Numbered from the whole stretch's first letter, positions 12,411 through 25,125 are shown. The stretch: 52,864 nt of DNA, filler included, from Basidioascus undulatus (GCA_000826855.1; 3 parts of 3 records of this genome joined end to end with filler, not necessarily neighbours in it); one strand, 5' to 3'. Notes: generated from the letters alone by a model not told the origin. Numbers and translations are program-made.

Positions 12411-13373
12411 CGCGTATGACGGGTGTGTTTCTCCGTCATCTTCGGCCGACGTGGTATGCACCTTGCTGCTGACCAGATGGATCTTAAACTTTTCCCATTC
12501 TTGATCAAGCGAACTTTTCATTCTACCGTCACCGCCGTCCCACTCGCTAGGACCACACTTCCCCGCATTCGCTCTGCTCTGGGTAACACGGCTTGCCCCT
12601 CCGCCTCGTGCGAGACAGCCGACGACGCCCCCTCCCGCGCCGCGCGCAGCCAAACGTGGAAATAATTGATGCTTGCTCTCCTGTGGGGCATATTATTTGT
12701 CGTAGCTTTCCTAGTGCTTTGGCCTTGATCTTTTTTTGGGGATGAGCAGAAGAAGGCGGATGTGACGCCAAGACGGAACTCGCTGCCCCGATGGGAACGC
12801 CAAAGGCGTCACGGGGGCGACGGGAGACCATGACTGAGTTGTAGAGGACGTGTTAAGAAGAACTAGTAGGTTATTTTTAATTCCACATTCGGAGCGATCA
12901 CACCTTGTTGCTTGATAACCGACCGTTTGAGCAGGGGGCCAAGCTCGCTGGCGCTGCCTTCCACGAACGTGTGTAAGACGACCACCTTGATCCTTTTCGT
13001 CGCCACTTTGAGCACCTGACTTTCCCCAGAAGCCAGGAAAATCCTGCTTAACCTACGTGTCACTAACCCAAGCGATAAGTCTCCGAGGCCCATACGACGG
13101 CGCTCAGATGTAAGCCAACAAGCTGCACGCGGGCATATCGAAGAATATTTGGGAAGAAAGTCGCAGTGAATACCGTAAGCAAAAAATAAAAATAAAAATC
13201 CGAGTCTACACAGAGAGCTACCAGCGAAAAAAAAATTAGATCATTGCCATGCTCATTCGAAAATCTCCATATTCTCCTTGCGGTCCCGAGCGTACTCATC
13301 CTGCAAAGCGGTTCCAAGATTGATCAGTATCGAAGCCCTGGGTGATTCCCGGAAGCTCGCGCAGATTGGCAGA

Positions 13374-15051
13374 CCTTGAACTGGTCGTACAGCGCCCGCA
13401 GCCCCCCAATGTAGCATTCCCTGAGCTGGTCGATGTCCTCCTCCGTCCAGTCGACCGCCTTCTCAAAAGGTATCGGCTTGCCGACCACCGTTGTTATCCT
13501 GTCGTGGAAGTAAACGCGTCGATAAGGAAATGCGGGAGGAGTAGGACGAGACCGCCAGAACGCACGGCTTGCGGAGAGGGAGAAAGCCTCAGCTGTCCTG
13601 CTTGATCGAGATGTCTCAGAAGAGCGTCAGGCTCATGCCTATCCACTGTAAACGTCACAAAGCTTTGAGTAAGGGATGTGTCGCAGTGCAACAGGCAAAT
13701 GTGGTTGTAGGGGGACAGGACGGCGACGCACATTGCGCAAGAACTCCTGTATGGTCCGGCGGGCGAAATCAGCCGTCGAATGTAGTCAGGTAAAAGTACG
13801 CGCGACTTTGAAAGGGGCCGTGGGACCGCCGGGGCAGAAAGGAAGGGTCATCCTAGTGAGGGGATATAAAAAAATATAAACGCACAGTCTCAAGTGCTGA
13901 TCTCAAGAATCCCAACCCGGCGCCCCAGGACGAGCTTGGCCGTCCCTGGCTCCTGGTCGAGCGACTCCGCCGAACCGCCCACAACGTCAATGATTGGGGC
14001 GGCTCTCGGAGAGGAGGAATCGCATGGAGTCTTCGGAGACGGGCACGCAGCCGAGAGAGAGCATGATGTCGCGCAGGAAGGGGATCGTGAAATTACTCTC
14101 TGAGCGCCACAGGAAGGTAAGCCGGACAAGTAAGTAAGCAATGAGGGATGATGTTTTGGAGGGGGATAAATATCGAGCGTGCAAATGAAGAACTATAGTC
14201 CAGGATATTTGTAAGTCACGCCTGTGGCCTCCGTCGAGAAGTTGCAGCTGGGTAAGAAAGCCAGGCCTCAGCGACTTGCATGGGAACCGAAGGAAACACG
14301 GAACCCACAATACACCTAACGGCAGGATCCCGTGAGGGTGGGCGACTAGCAGCTTATTGCTGTCAGCTGGGATGGGTGCCGTCTGGATGAGTTCAGTCGG
14401 GAAGTAGTCGCGGCTGTCGGCGAAAACCTTCAGCTCCAGGTTCCCAAGACGGGACTCCTCGAACTTTGTCGTACATACAAGAATGACTAGAGGACGAGCT
14501 GTCGGGAAGGCTCAGCGTCAGCACTGAAGACGCTAGCGGCAACAGGGACGGCAGCGTTACCTTCCGCGCTGGCATCCACATGCGCCCCCCTTTGACGTGC
14601 GCCTCGTCCCAATGGATCCACTGAAACTCTGGGTATTAGCTTAAGCCCCCAAGACTTTGAGACGAGAGGACGCATGAGCCAGTACGGCGACAGCGGCGGA
14701 AAAAACCAAGCCGTGACCTGCCAAACGACCGCGATGGGCCCCAGGGCCTGTTCTGAATCGAAAATCCATCATCAACTTCTTCAAGAGGACTTTGTGATCA
14801 TTCGACAGTCTGCCACTCGCAAACCAAAACGTAACCGCGAACGTCTCGAGCGGCTTATGATAAAGCGAGAGGAGGTCCTCGAGCGGGTTGTAGTACGGGA
14901 CCGAGGCGCTGAGCGCCCGCAAGCGAAGCCAGAAGCGCCTGTGCAGCGCTGGGTTGCGCGATGGGTCAGTGGGAGCTGAGAGGGAGGGGTGGGAGGATCG
15001 TTGTTGGTGGGTAAAAGGGCAGCGGCGAGGAGAGGACGGCGGAAACGTCAT
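13374..15051 (-). pseudogene. Diacylglycerol O-acyltransferase 2 (DGAT2/MOGAT, Dga1-like) pseudogene
   Basis: KPLETFAVTFW, RDYFP..AHPHGILPLG, CNFSTEATG, SNFTIPFLRDIMLSLG, VVGGSAESL..PGTAKLVLGRR, ITTVVGKPIP..DIDQLRECYIGGLRALYDQFK. In-frame stop 14193-14195, AT instead of GT donor at 14173, frameshifts near 14005 and 13895. Confidence 0.85.
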
Positions 15052-15803
15052 CGCTAGATGTCAAGTGCTCCATAGCGAGATGGCAGTGGAGTTGAAGGCT
15101 GAAACTCGCGGTCTGCACGGCGTCGAAGAGGATGCGGCGGTTCGGGATGGTCCTCGGCAGGCCGCTTATCAACATGAGAGTCTAGGACACTTCCTTGCCA
15201 GCAAAAGGTCGTCGCAGGACATAACTGGGTTTAAAGACTATGGAGCGCTACTATTCAGAATACGGGATCGGAACGAGCCTCGCACAGGCGCGTCGCACGG
15301 CCAACTTGGCGTTGCCTTTGCTCGATGTTAGTACATACCGTCTCCACTTGACATTGGAAGGGATGCGAGGGAGCGTTGCCAGTTGGAAGCAGATTTAGTA
15401 TATTTATTCTTCTAGAATCTAAATCCGTATGATGAACCTCCAGACTTGGGCGTTGGATGCAGCGTGTGTCTTCGCGCAGTACGCCAGCTGCACAGCCGTT
15501 CGTCGACTCACCACACGCTCTCGAGTCCCTCCCATATTCCAGCAGCACATGACCCACCAATTATCACTTCACCCTCAAAGCCACGATCACATGGCAACAC
15601 CAGAAACGATATGACACGAAGACAGTACACTACATCCTCACAGAGCACGCCAGTCGACATGCTCAACAGCTTTTACACCAGTACACCCCACCAGAAACAC
15701 AACACCGAAGGAACATAAAACGAACAACAGCGTCCTATAAAAGCCCCACATAGCCACCCCAAAAGGTCAAACCCATATGCGAGGAAAGTAGAAAGCGAGT
15801 CGG

Positions 15804-17559
15804 CTACGGCCTAAGCGCCTTCTTCTTGATCTCCCTCCACCTATCCCTCCGCCGTCCTCCGCCCAGCATCAGTTCCCTCTCTTCCCTCTTTTCCAGCCGA
15901 AAAAAATTCCCAGCAACGCACCTTCCCCTTATCCCCTGCACGTTCCGCCCGATCCCCCTCTCCCTCAAAGCAGCTTCCACCTTCACCCACGGCACGGGCC
16001 CGACGACGTCGAGGACGGCCTCCCAGAGGGCGGTGTCCTTTCCCCACCTCTCGTTATCAGCACTTCCCTCTTTCTCCCATTTCCACATTCTTAGGAGACG
16101 ACGAACTTCCTCGGTAGTCCAGAACCCGCGCGCCTTCCCCTTCGATGGAGCGGCGCTGCGCGAGCGGGAGGAGGATGGCCCGGGGGAGGTCGAGGGTGGG
16201 ATCGAGGGGATGCACGCTGCTGCGAAGGCGGTTCCGAACTATGTATCCCGCCACCCCAGCAGCCAACATGAGCGTCCTCGTCTCCCATGCAGCTGAAGCT
16301 GGAACGCAGTACGCACCGAGCCTTCCCCCTCCTCCTCCTGGTCGTCATCGTCCTCCGACTCCGGGTACTGCCTCTCCACGTCCTGGGCTTCTTCCTCCTC
16401 CTCCTGCTGGTCGGTCTCCGCCATCACCTGGGATGAGCGCCGACAGGAAGATGCCTTCGCCTTCGGCGCAGGCTTCAGCGCAGCCTTCTTCGCACTGCCG
16501 TTAGTGCGCTGCAGCTTCACGGGGCGGTTGCTGCGCCTGGATGTCGATGGAGCGGGGCCGGGGCGTTTTTTCGAAGTCTATAACAAGCCACCTGTCGGTT
16601 AAGCGCCTCGTTCTCGTATAGAAAAGAGCAGGAGGGGAGTCGAAAAAGTCAGGGGGAAAGAAACCACTCACAGTAGCTCTCACCTCCTCCTCCTCCCCCC
16701 CCTTCCCCTTCCGCCTCCTCCCATCCGCACTAGCGCTCCACCCCGCGCCCCCCAGATCAAGCAACCCCGCAAGCTCCTTCGTCCCCACCTGCGTCTTGAA
16801 GCCGCCGCGCTTCGGTTTCTTCCCCTGTTCCTCCTCGTCCGCCTCAGCAGCAGAAGACGGGGCGGTTAGGTCCGAGACATCGCCGTCGTCCATCGGCGCT
16901 GCCACATCGGCGAGCTGCGTCTCCTGCGTCTCGGACGGCGGGGCAGTGGAGGCTGCACGCGAATGCTGCACAGGCTGCGTGCGCGGCGGTGAGGAGACGG
17001 CGCGCTCAGGCTCAGGGTGCGGAGCGGGAGAAGCGAGCCCGGAGGCCTTGAGAGGAGAAGCAGGCACGGCAGTGAGAGAGAGTTGGGCGTTCATAGCAGG
17101 GGAGAGGGTAGCGGCGATGGCAGCGTCGGCTGTGGGCGAGGCGGCTGCGGCGGGTGTTTCGGCAACAGCTTGGGGCGGGGCTGGCTTGGCGGTCGGCGGG
17201 GGAGGATGAGGGGAGGGAACTGTTGGAGTGTTTCAGCGCACGGATAGGATAGAAAGGGTATGGGGTCAAGAGAGGGAGAGGGAGACATACTGCTCGGCGC
17301 CTGCGGGAGGTCTCTCGGCGTCTTCCCAGCCTGCGCAGCGTTGATTATCGACTCGGAAACGAGGCCGAGGAGCTCGAGGTCTGCGGCTTTCCCGATCCCC
17401 ATAGTCAGCCCTCTTTCAGGCATCGCATCCGAACGACCCGTTCTCGCTCACCTGACGTCGAGTGCGAGGGCAGGTTAGGCTGTTCAGACGTGGGCGTGGG
17501 GTAGGCGGACGCAGGCGGGGAGGGCGGGTGCGAGATGTGAGGCGAGGGAGCGGCGGGGG
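15804..17559 (-). CDS. Low-complexity protein with C-terminal Myb/SANT-like domain (5' end lost in gap)
   Basis: Pro/Ala-rich and acidic/basic exons, then FWTTEEVRRLL..VPWVKVEAALRERGIGRNVQGIRG|RWREIKKKALRP*, a W..EE..L/W../R...RW Myb-like pattern. Confidence 0.55.
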
Positions 17560-17659
17560 NNNNNNNNNNNNNNNNNNNNNNNNNNNNNNNNNNNNNNNNN
17601 NNNTTAATTAATTAANNNNNNNNNNNNNNNNNNNNNNNNNNNNNNNNNNNNNNNNNNNN
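17560..17659. other. Assembly gap / contig-joining spacer
   Basis: 100-bp N run with embedded TTAATTAATTAA (17604-17615), an all-frame stop linker. Confidence 0.97.
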
Positions 17660-18067
17660 GCTGGAGGGCTGGAGCTTGATGCGGGGGGAGGAAGGGGGGG
17701 GTAATTGGGAGAGGAGGGGAGCAGGGGACGCACGGCTTCAACGTAGTTGGAGGGGATGAGGCCGATGGGCCCGTCCTTGTCGCCCTCGACCTTGAGCTTC
17801 GCCTTCCACCATCTGCGGAGGACAGTCAAGGGTATCTGAGGCTATGCAGCAGATTAGGGAATACTGCAGTGCACTCACTCGCCATCCTCCTTGTCTATGA
17901 TGTACAGCAGCGCATCCTCCGTGACGGTCAGCTCGTCCTCCGACTGCGCCGTGTAGTCGTACAGCGCTCGGGCGAAGAGTTGGAAGGGCTGCCAGGGTCC
18001 AATGGAGATACACCATCATTAGTAGGCTCATTGACTGCTAGAGATGTGGTGATCCCGAGCTCACCAT
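17660..18067 (-). CDS. SLA1: N-terminal SH3 domain of Sla1-like endocytic adaptor (rest lost in gap)
   Basis: M|PFQLFARALYDYTAQSEDELTVTEDALLYIIDKEDGE|WWKAKLKVEGDKDGPIGLIPSNYVEA: an SH3 domain at the extreme N-terminus with Sla1-like WWK..GPIGLIP. Confidence 0.75.
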
Positions 18068-18487
18068 CTCTGGCCGGAGGGAGAATACGAGGTGAGGGAG
18101 GGGTGTACGGATCTCGAGCGCAGTAGTCCGAGTGCGGGGAGAGTGTAAGGTAGATTCTGGATGCAGGAATGCTGGAGTGTAATTAAGGTATTTTCTGGTA
18201 GAGTGTCGCGCCTGTGTCGCCCTATCGTTCGTCGCTGTTGGCGGGCGCGCTGTCGTCGAGCTCCAAGGAGCGAGCGCCGTGATGGGGGCGAGGCGGCCGA
18301 GCGGGTGCGGATATTCATAGTTATACTAACCCTAGACGGCCCTCTTCGCGTACCAGACGCGCTCGCTCTGCGCTGCCCATCAACCGCGCGCTTTTGCCTC
18401 CCGCCATCATCATCGCCATCGCCAGCAGCACCGTGCATTATTCTAACGGTCTGCACGCAAACACACACGCATATACCCCCATTGCCA

Positions 18488-21447
18488 ATGGACGGCTCAG
18501 GGCAGCCAGTCTTCGCACACCCAGACGGGGCCCACCCGCACCACCCGCATCCCGCCAGCACCCCGCACCACCAGTCCCAGCACGATCCGCACCGGCACCC
18601 GACGCCCCAGCACAGTAACCAGCTCACTCAGCAGTCCCCGATGGACTACGGCGGCCAGTCCACCCCAGCGCCCATGCCGCCCCCGTCTGCTTCCCAGCCT
18701 CAGGTCCGTCCCCTCCCTGCGCGCCGCGCACGCGTCGAGTACGCGTACATCTCGCTCATTCCTATGCGTCTCTCCCACAGCCACCAGCGCGCATCTACTC
18801 GGCGGTGTACTCGGGTGTCGGGTGAGTCATCTTTCCCGTTTTGTCGTCGTTTACACGGAGGCTCAATGGGAGGGGTGGGACAGCGTCTTCGAGGCCATGA
18901 TCCGCGGCATTGCAGTCATGCGCCGTCGCGCAGACTCGTACCTCAACGCGACCCAGATCCTCAAAGTCGCTGGCGTCGAGAAGGGCAAGCGCACAAAGAT
19001 CCTCGAGAAGGAGATCCTCCCCGGCCTGCACGAGAAGGTCCAAGGCGGGTATGGCAAGTATCAGGGGACCTGGTGCGTTTTCTCCATCTTTTCAAAAGCT
19101 TGCTTTGTGCTGACACCTCTCTATCTCTGTGGCGTCTTTCAGGATCCCTTTCGAGCGTGGCCAAGAGCTCGCGGCGCAGTTTGGCGTGACACACCTCCTC
19201 CAGCCCATCTTCGACTACAACCCCTCGTCGGCGCCTCCTCCCGCCGGCCGCACCCTCAAGTCCCCGTCCAAGAACAAGTCGAGCCGTGGCGCAGCGTCCG
19301 CGTACCCGGGCGCGGTCGCCGGTCCGTCGTCGCGGCCAACGACCGCCGCGCAGCAGCAGCAACACCAGCAGCACCAGCAGCAGCAGGCGCAGGCGTCGAC
19401 CGCGCTCAACCTCCTCAACCATGCGCGCGCGCAAGGCATCTTCGTCCCCTCCACCGAGTCCGAGTCGCCCACGCCGTCGCAGCACCTCTCGCTTCCCCCG
19501 AGCAGCCAGCCGCTCACGCAGTCGCCGATGCGCTCGCTCAAGCGCGGTCGCTCGCGCGAAGAGTCGCCCTCGAACGCGCCCTCCCCCGCGGGAAGCTTCT
19601 CCGGCTACGCCCCCTCGCCGCAGAATGACTTCGCGCCCGCGCCGAAACGCGCGAGAGCAGACGACGGGCCGGCCCCTCCAGCATCGCCGAAGCCGCCCCC
19701 CTTTGTCGGCCTCTATCCGCCCTGCGCCGCGTCGAAGCCGTATCAGCCCGCGCCTGGCTCAGCCGCCGAGCGCGCCGCGCCGCGACAGCAAGGGATCCTC
19801 CTCTCGATGTTCCAGGAGGGCGCGGACCCGGACCAGCCGCCCGAGCTCCTCACCAACCCGGACCCGTCCGACGCGGACTTTGTCGCCGACCTCGTCATCG
19901 ACGACCTGGGGCACACGGCCCTGCACTGGGCGGCGTCGCTCGGGCACCTCCACCTCGTCTCGGTCCTCCTCCAGCGCGGGGCGGACGTGAACCGTGGCAA
20001 CGCCGTCGGGGAGACCGCTCTCTCGCGCGCGGTCCTCGTCCCCGAGAACTTCGAGCACCAGACGTTCCCCGCGCTCGTCGCGCAGCTCGCTCCCGCGATC
20101 CGCACGCTCGACACCGCCGGCCGCTCGGTCCTGCACCACATCGCGCTCATCGCGGGCGTCAAGGGGCGGAGCGCGTCTGCGCGGTACTACATGGAGCACG
20201 TACTCGAGTGGATCGCGCGAAACGAGCAGGGCGAGTTCCGGACGCTCGTTGACGTGCAGGACGTGCACGGCGACACTGCGCTCAACGTCGCCGCGCGCGT
20301 GGGGAACAAGAGCCTCGTGCGCATGCTCCTCGACGCCGGCGCGAACAAGGCGCTCCCCAACAAGCTCGGCCTCCGCCCGGGCGACTTTGGCGTCGAGGGA
20401 GAGGTGCGTCGCCGTCGTCGTTGATGATGATGCCCCCGTTGTGATAGCACATGCCGAACGACATGGATTGATTGATTGGTTTGCATTTTGCGCCCACCGC
20501 TCACCAGTCCCTCAATGTGATCGGCGCGGACGACATCATCTCGACGCTGCGCAGCGCGCCGCCCGCCCCCGTGCAGCAGAGCAAGGACGTGATAGCCTGT
20601 GCGTCCTATTCTACTCCCAGAGACTGCACTCGCAAGCCCAACCCACTTGCTTACCTTCCCCCATGCGTGTGCCCGTCTGCAGCCCTAACGCGCATGCTGG
20701 TCGAGCTGCGCGAAGACTTTGAGAAAGAGCTCAAAACCAAAACGGACGCGTTGGACCTGACGCAGGCGCAGCTGCGCGCGGCGACGCGCGAGCTCGCCGA
20801 GCAGCGCCGGCAGGTCACCTCCTGGCAGACGCGCGGGTCGGAGCTCGAGCAAGTCCGGCAGCGGATCCGGAACGTCGAGCGCGCACTGGCGGAAGAGGAC
20901 TCTTTCGACTGGACGGGCCGCACCGAGCTCGACGGCTCGCCTGCCGTCCGCGCGGGCCCGGCGTTCGCGTACCGCGGCACGGGGTCGACGCTGGGCCCTG
21001 GGGAGGAAGAGGGAGGGGCAGGGGTGGAGGAGGCGGACCCTGCGCCGCCCGCTGGCGATGGGCAGCCCGCCTTGGTGGGGTTGAGGAGGCTCGCGAACTG
21101 GACGGAGAGAACCCAGAGGCTTCTGGAGGAGAGGATAGCGGCGATACAGGGCGCCAGTGCGGATAAGGAGGTCAAGTACCGGAGGGTCGTGAGCATGTGC
21201 ACGGGTGCGCCGGTTGAGCGCGTCGAGGACGTGTGTCTCTTTTCTCTCTTCTTCACCTCCTCCCCCTCCTTCAACTCTCTTCCCTGCCGAAACGATGCGG
21301 ATGCGGATGCTGACCCTATGCGACGGACCACAGATGCTCGATCAGCTCGTCCTCGCCGTCGAGGTAGACGGCGCGCAGGGCGTCGACATCGCCCGCATCT
21401 CGGACTTCCTCGCCCGCGTCGTGTCCTCCTCCGCCGTCACTTCATGA
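18488..21447 (+). CDS. APSES/KilA-N + ankyrin G1/S transcription factor (Mbp1/Swi4/Swi6/Res/Cdc10 family)
   Basis: [60 protein letters not shown]; ankyrins [44 protein letters not shown]-terminal coiled coil. Confidence 0.95.
19351..19392 (+). repeat. CAG/CAC polyQ-H tract within the APSES gene
   Basis: Encodes [14 protein letters not shown]. Confidence 0.8.
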
Positions 21448-22004
21448 CCCCTCTGCCCCATTGAAGCATTCCGCATCACATGTCCACTCGATTCGATCTG
21501 ACGTTTTGAAGCTGTATACCTACCTGCGCATAGTTGGTGGGTTGTGTTGGTTCGCTTAATGTATGAGTTGCATGTGCATTGGGTTGCGTGAGTGGAGTGC
21601 ATGGGAGACTCGTTGGCCAGGCTCAGATGGCTGCCTCTAAGTGCGCTCGCGGTGTGGGATGTTGGGATGTCGTTTCTTTCAGCTCCCGCAACTCACGGTT
21701 GTTCACCCCAGTTATTCTGTAAGCACAGCCGATGATGGCACTAACCGCGTTGCACTCTCTTTCGCAACTGCACATTTTGGCATTACCCCTGGGGGTTTCA
21801 AGCTATCGGCACGTATGGGGGACATTTCCCTCCGATTTGCTATGCAATCTGCATTCGCATTGAAGGGCATTGATAAACTTCCCGAGACAGAACAGCGACA
21901 ACACTGGTTGACGTTTCGCCCTAATCCGTTCTTCTTCCTCTTCACCCATCACCATCGCCACCACCTCCTCCTACTCTTCTTGCACTCGCTCGCAGGCAGA
22001 GATC

Positions 22005-22951
22005 ATGAGCTCGTCTTCGCAGCCCATTTCCATCAATAGTCTTTTTCCGGTGGAGGTGCTCACCGACATCATGACCATGTTGCTCTGCCCGCCTCCCGCC
22101 TCCCTGTTGCTCGGTCCGCCACCTTGAGGTCAAGGGCCGCAGAACGTTCTCACTCAACCGCGCCGAGTCCTCCCTCTCGTCTGTCGGTTGTGACACACCA
22201 TCTGCGAGCCGCTCCTCTTCCACACGATTCGCATCCGCTCTGTCGAGCAGTGAGTGCCGCCGTCTGGCGCAGCGATGGCTCGGGCCGACGGAATGGCAAG
22301 AGCGTGAAGGCGCTTCTGTTCTGGCAGCCGACATCATTTCTGCCACTCCTTCAGCTCATTGAGATTGTGCGCGCCTGCCCTAGCGTCGAGGCGCTGAATG
22401 TCTCGCTTAGTGGTGCCACGTCGGACGATCCGCTCGTATGGGCGCTGTCAGCTCCTCACCCCACACACTTTCGGATGGATTTTCGCACAGGATTTGACTG
22501 CTTCTTTCTTCCCATGGTCAACTGCTGGGCTCCAACCTTGCAGTCTTTACCCCTACCCTCAGGAACCGCCTTCCACCGACTCTGGCAGGATTCATCATGC
22601 GCTCCTACACCACGACTCACTCATCTTCACGTCGAAGACTTCTCCCAATGCGACCAGTTCGTCTACGTATGGCTCGTACAACTCGAGCTCACAAAATGGC
22701 CTTCGCTCTTGCAACTTTCGCTCAGTGGCATTCGCCATCATGGGCAGCATGTGCAGGACTTGTTGCACTTAGCGCAAGAAGACCCCCGGGCACGGGCGAC
22801 CGTGCGCTACGCAGTCGAGCCGATCGAAGCACCCGGACCGCTAGTATCAGACGGATTTGAATATCTGTGCAGAGATGCCTCAGGAGAGCTGCTACCCTAT
22901 GCAGAAATAGAGTGGCATGCCTTGAAGGATGCGGACATCGCTAGCGATTGA
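22005..22951 (+). pseudogene. F-box/LRR protein pseudogene
   Basis: MSSSSQPISINSLFPVEVLTDIMTML..PP*..RRVLPLVCRL*HTICEPLLFHTIRIRSVEQ* (TGA at 22125, 22191, 22251), then a shifted frame with GKSVKALLF..IEIVRACPSVEALNV and LTHLHV LRR-like segments. Confidence 0.72.
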
Positions 22952-23834
22952 GATGGAGCGTGAAGCCCTGATTGCCCCGCCTCTATCTACTGCACTTAAT
23001 TGAATAAAATTATTTAATCCTAGCCCAAATCCCTCTGAACCGTGGGCTTTCGTCGTGCCAGCGTCTCTCAGAAGGTGTTTCCAGACGCAGAGCTGCTTTA
23101 ATTAGCGGGTGATGGGTTCAAAGGAGAACTTTCACTGGCATGAAATTTTATAAGGTACAAGACTTTGTTTACCGCGGCATTCGACCAAATTCAAAGAACG
23201 ACAATCGTCATTTGTGCCTTTGTGCTCTCACTTCAGCTCAGACAACACACATACGCTGATATATTATTGAAGGACTTCATAGGCTCAACCTCTCTCTCCA
23301 CTTTCATTCAAACCCGTCAGCGCGGCACGCGCTGCCAGCATTCCGTCAGCAGCAGCCGCAGCACTCATTCTCTCACCCAAACGTTCATCCCTCTTTATGA
23401 ACCTGGACTCATTCATTGATTTTTTCCCAAAACTTCTACCTCTCTCAAGAAAATCCTTCGACTTGATGTATCCGAGTACTCAAATCACTGCCGTATTCTC
23501 GGCATGCAACGAAGACAGTGCTCTCATCTGCGATCGCACTCAAAGGCTGCACCCGAGCTTCACCATCAAGCAGAGTAAACTTCAGCACTAGGAAATCCGT
23601 CTTCGTGTCATTCGCCAAGCGCGACCACGTAAACGCGACTATTCGCTTCCCGGTCCTGCAGGGTCGTGCCGGCGCTCAGCGCTGTCTAAACGAAAGCCCG
23701 CATGACTTGTGGGCCCGTACTTAGCGGGGCCTCGCTGGGAGCAAGACAACAACTCTCGACTGGAAAGACATCTTATAGCTGTGCGTGCAACGCAGACTTC
23801 ATTTGCAACACAGGCCAAGAAAAGCAAGCCTCCC

Positions 23835-25125
23835 TCAGACCAACCGCTGACCCGGTCCCTTGTTCCCCCGAATGAGCTTCTTCCCGTTCACCCTGGCGCA
23901 CGCAACCGCCTTCTCACGTCCAGAGGGATCATCTGGGCCTCGTACCACGGCAGGCCGCGCAAAGGGTCCCAGCAAGCTCCGCAGATCCAGCTCGACTCCG
24001 AACGCCTCGAAGCGGTCGTTGAGCTTTGACACCGCAGGCTGCAGAGTCGACAACTTCGAATCCGCCGGAAGCGATTCGAAAGGAACAAACCCTCCTTGGA
24101 CGTAGCCGCTGAGGCGAACCAGGGCTTCAGGTTGTAAGCGGAGCTTCTGACGGCGTTGGCAGGGAAGGCATCGAAGATGGCGTAGGTCAGGCGGCCGTAG
24201 AGGACGCCGCCCAGAGTCTGGCGGAGAGACTCGAGCCCGGCCTTGAGGGCAGCGGTGTCGGTCGGAATGGCAGCAATGAAACCGAAAGCGAGGACGAGCG
24301 CGTCGTTGAACTCCTCGTAGACGTACACGACGTGGCGCTCCTCGTCGAGGCTCCGCCTACGCTGGCACGGCAGTTCGAAAAGGTACCCCAGCGCGGCGGC
24401 ACGATCCTCCCAGAAGGCGACCCGGCGCGGATGGTCTGTGCCGCCATGAAGGTACGAGTTCTGGACGAGCGCGAGCATCGGGGCGTCGAGGAAGTCGGAG
24501 ATGAAGAGCTGGATGACTCCGTCGTTTGGGTGGCCGGTCACGGCGTGCTGGGTATGAGAGAGGGAAGTTCGCGCAGGTTCGGTGACGGGGTTGAATGGGA
24601 TGTCGGGAAACAGTTTGAAGTCTTGCGCGAATTGAAACGAACACCAAACGCACCTTTCGGAGCATTCCGCATCGCCTTGATGTCATTGGCCACCTTGTCA
24701 AACCTGGCGCCCATCGAGAGCTTGATGATGTCCTTCCCCTCCCTCCTGCGGTTCCCAGAGGTGTTGCCCTGCTGGTCGTACCAGACGAGCACGGACGGCT
24801 TCTTGCCCGCAGCCATGAGGGTCACCTCGTACCGAAGCGGGTAAAACGTCGGGTCGCCTTGCTCCATCCAGCACCTGGTTAGCAAAAATGTATGATAGCT
24901 CAAAAGAAGGAAGCAGGCTCACGTCCGCGAAGCAGCTTGACGAGCGTGCGCGTGAACACGAGCTCGTGCTTCGTGAGCAGGAGGAAAAGCAGCTGCAGCG
25001 ATGGGTCGCAGAGCTTGTTCGGGTGGAGCGACTTCTGGATGGTGCGGATGCGGTTCTCGCTGACAGTCCAGGTGGGGTGGGTGTCCTTGATGAGGCCAGG
25101 ATGTCCTTGATGAGGCCAGGACCTG
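23835..25125 (-). pseudogene. Decayed, apparently 5'-truncated gene of unknown family
   Basis: Coding-like segments in several frames (LIKDTHPTWTVSENRIRTIQ; YEVTLMAAGKKPSVLVWY; 217-aa ORF 23888-24541) linked by introns and frameshifts, with a 20-bp duplication at 25082-25121. Confidence 0.5.
25082..25121. repeat. Perfect 20-bp tandem duplication
   Basis: tgtccttgatgaggccagga x2. Confidence 0.95.

Noticed and set aside
17604..17615. TTAATTAATTAA palindrome (also 35259-35270) as a biological element or TTAA transposon target
   Set aside because: Centred in identical 100-bp N spacers; an artificial contig linker.
15804..18067. SH3 + Myb fusion protein
   Set aside because: The two parts are separated by an assembly spacer and most of Sla1 is missing.
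18961..21331. Long antisense and alternative-frame ORFs over the APSES gene (likewise over CWC22, the F-box gene and ADK1)
   Set aside because: Expected shadows of GC-rich codon usage; no recognisable motifs.
22125..22253. Alternative genetic code (UGA=Trp) or selenocysteine
   Set aside because: Conserved genes in the window terminate at TGA, and other pseudogenes carry TAA/TAG stops and frameshifts.
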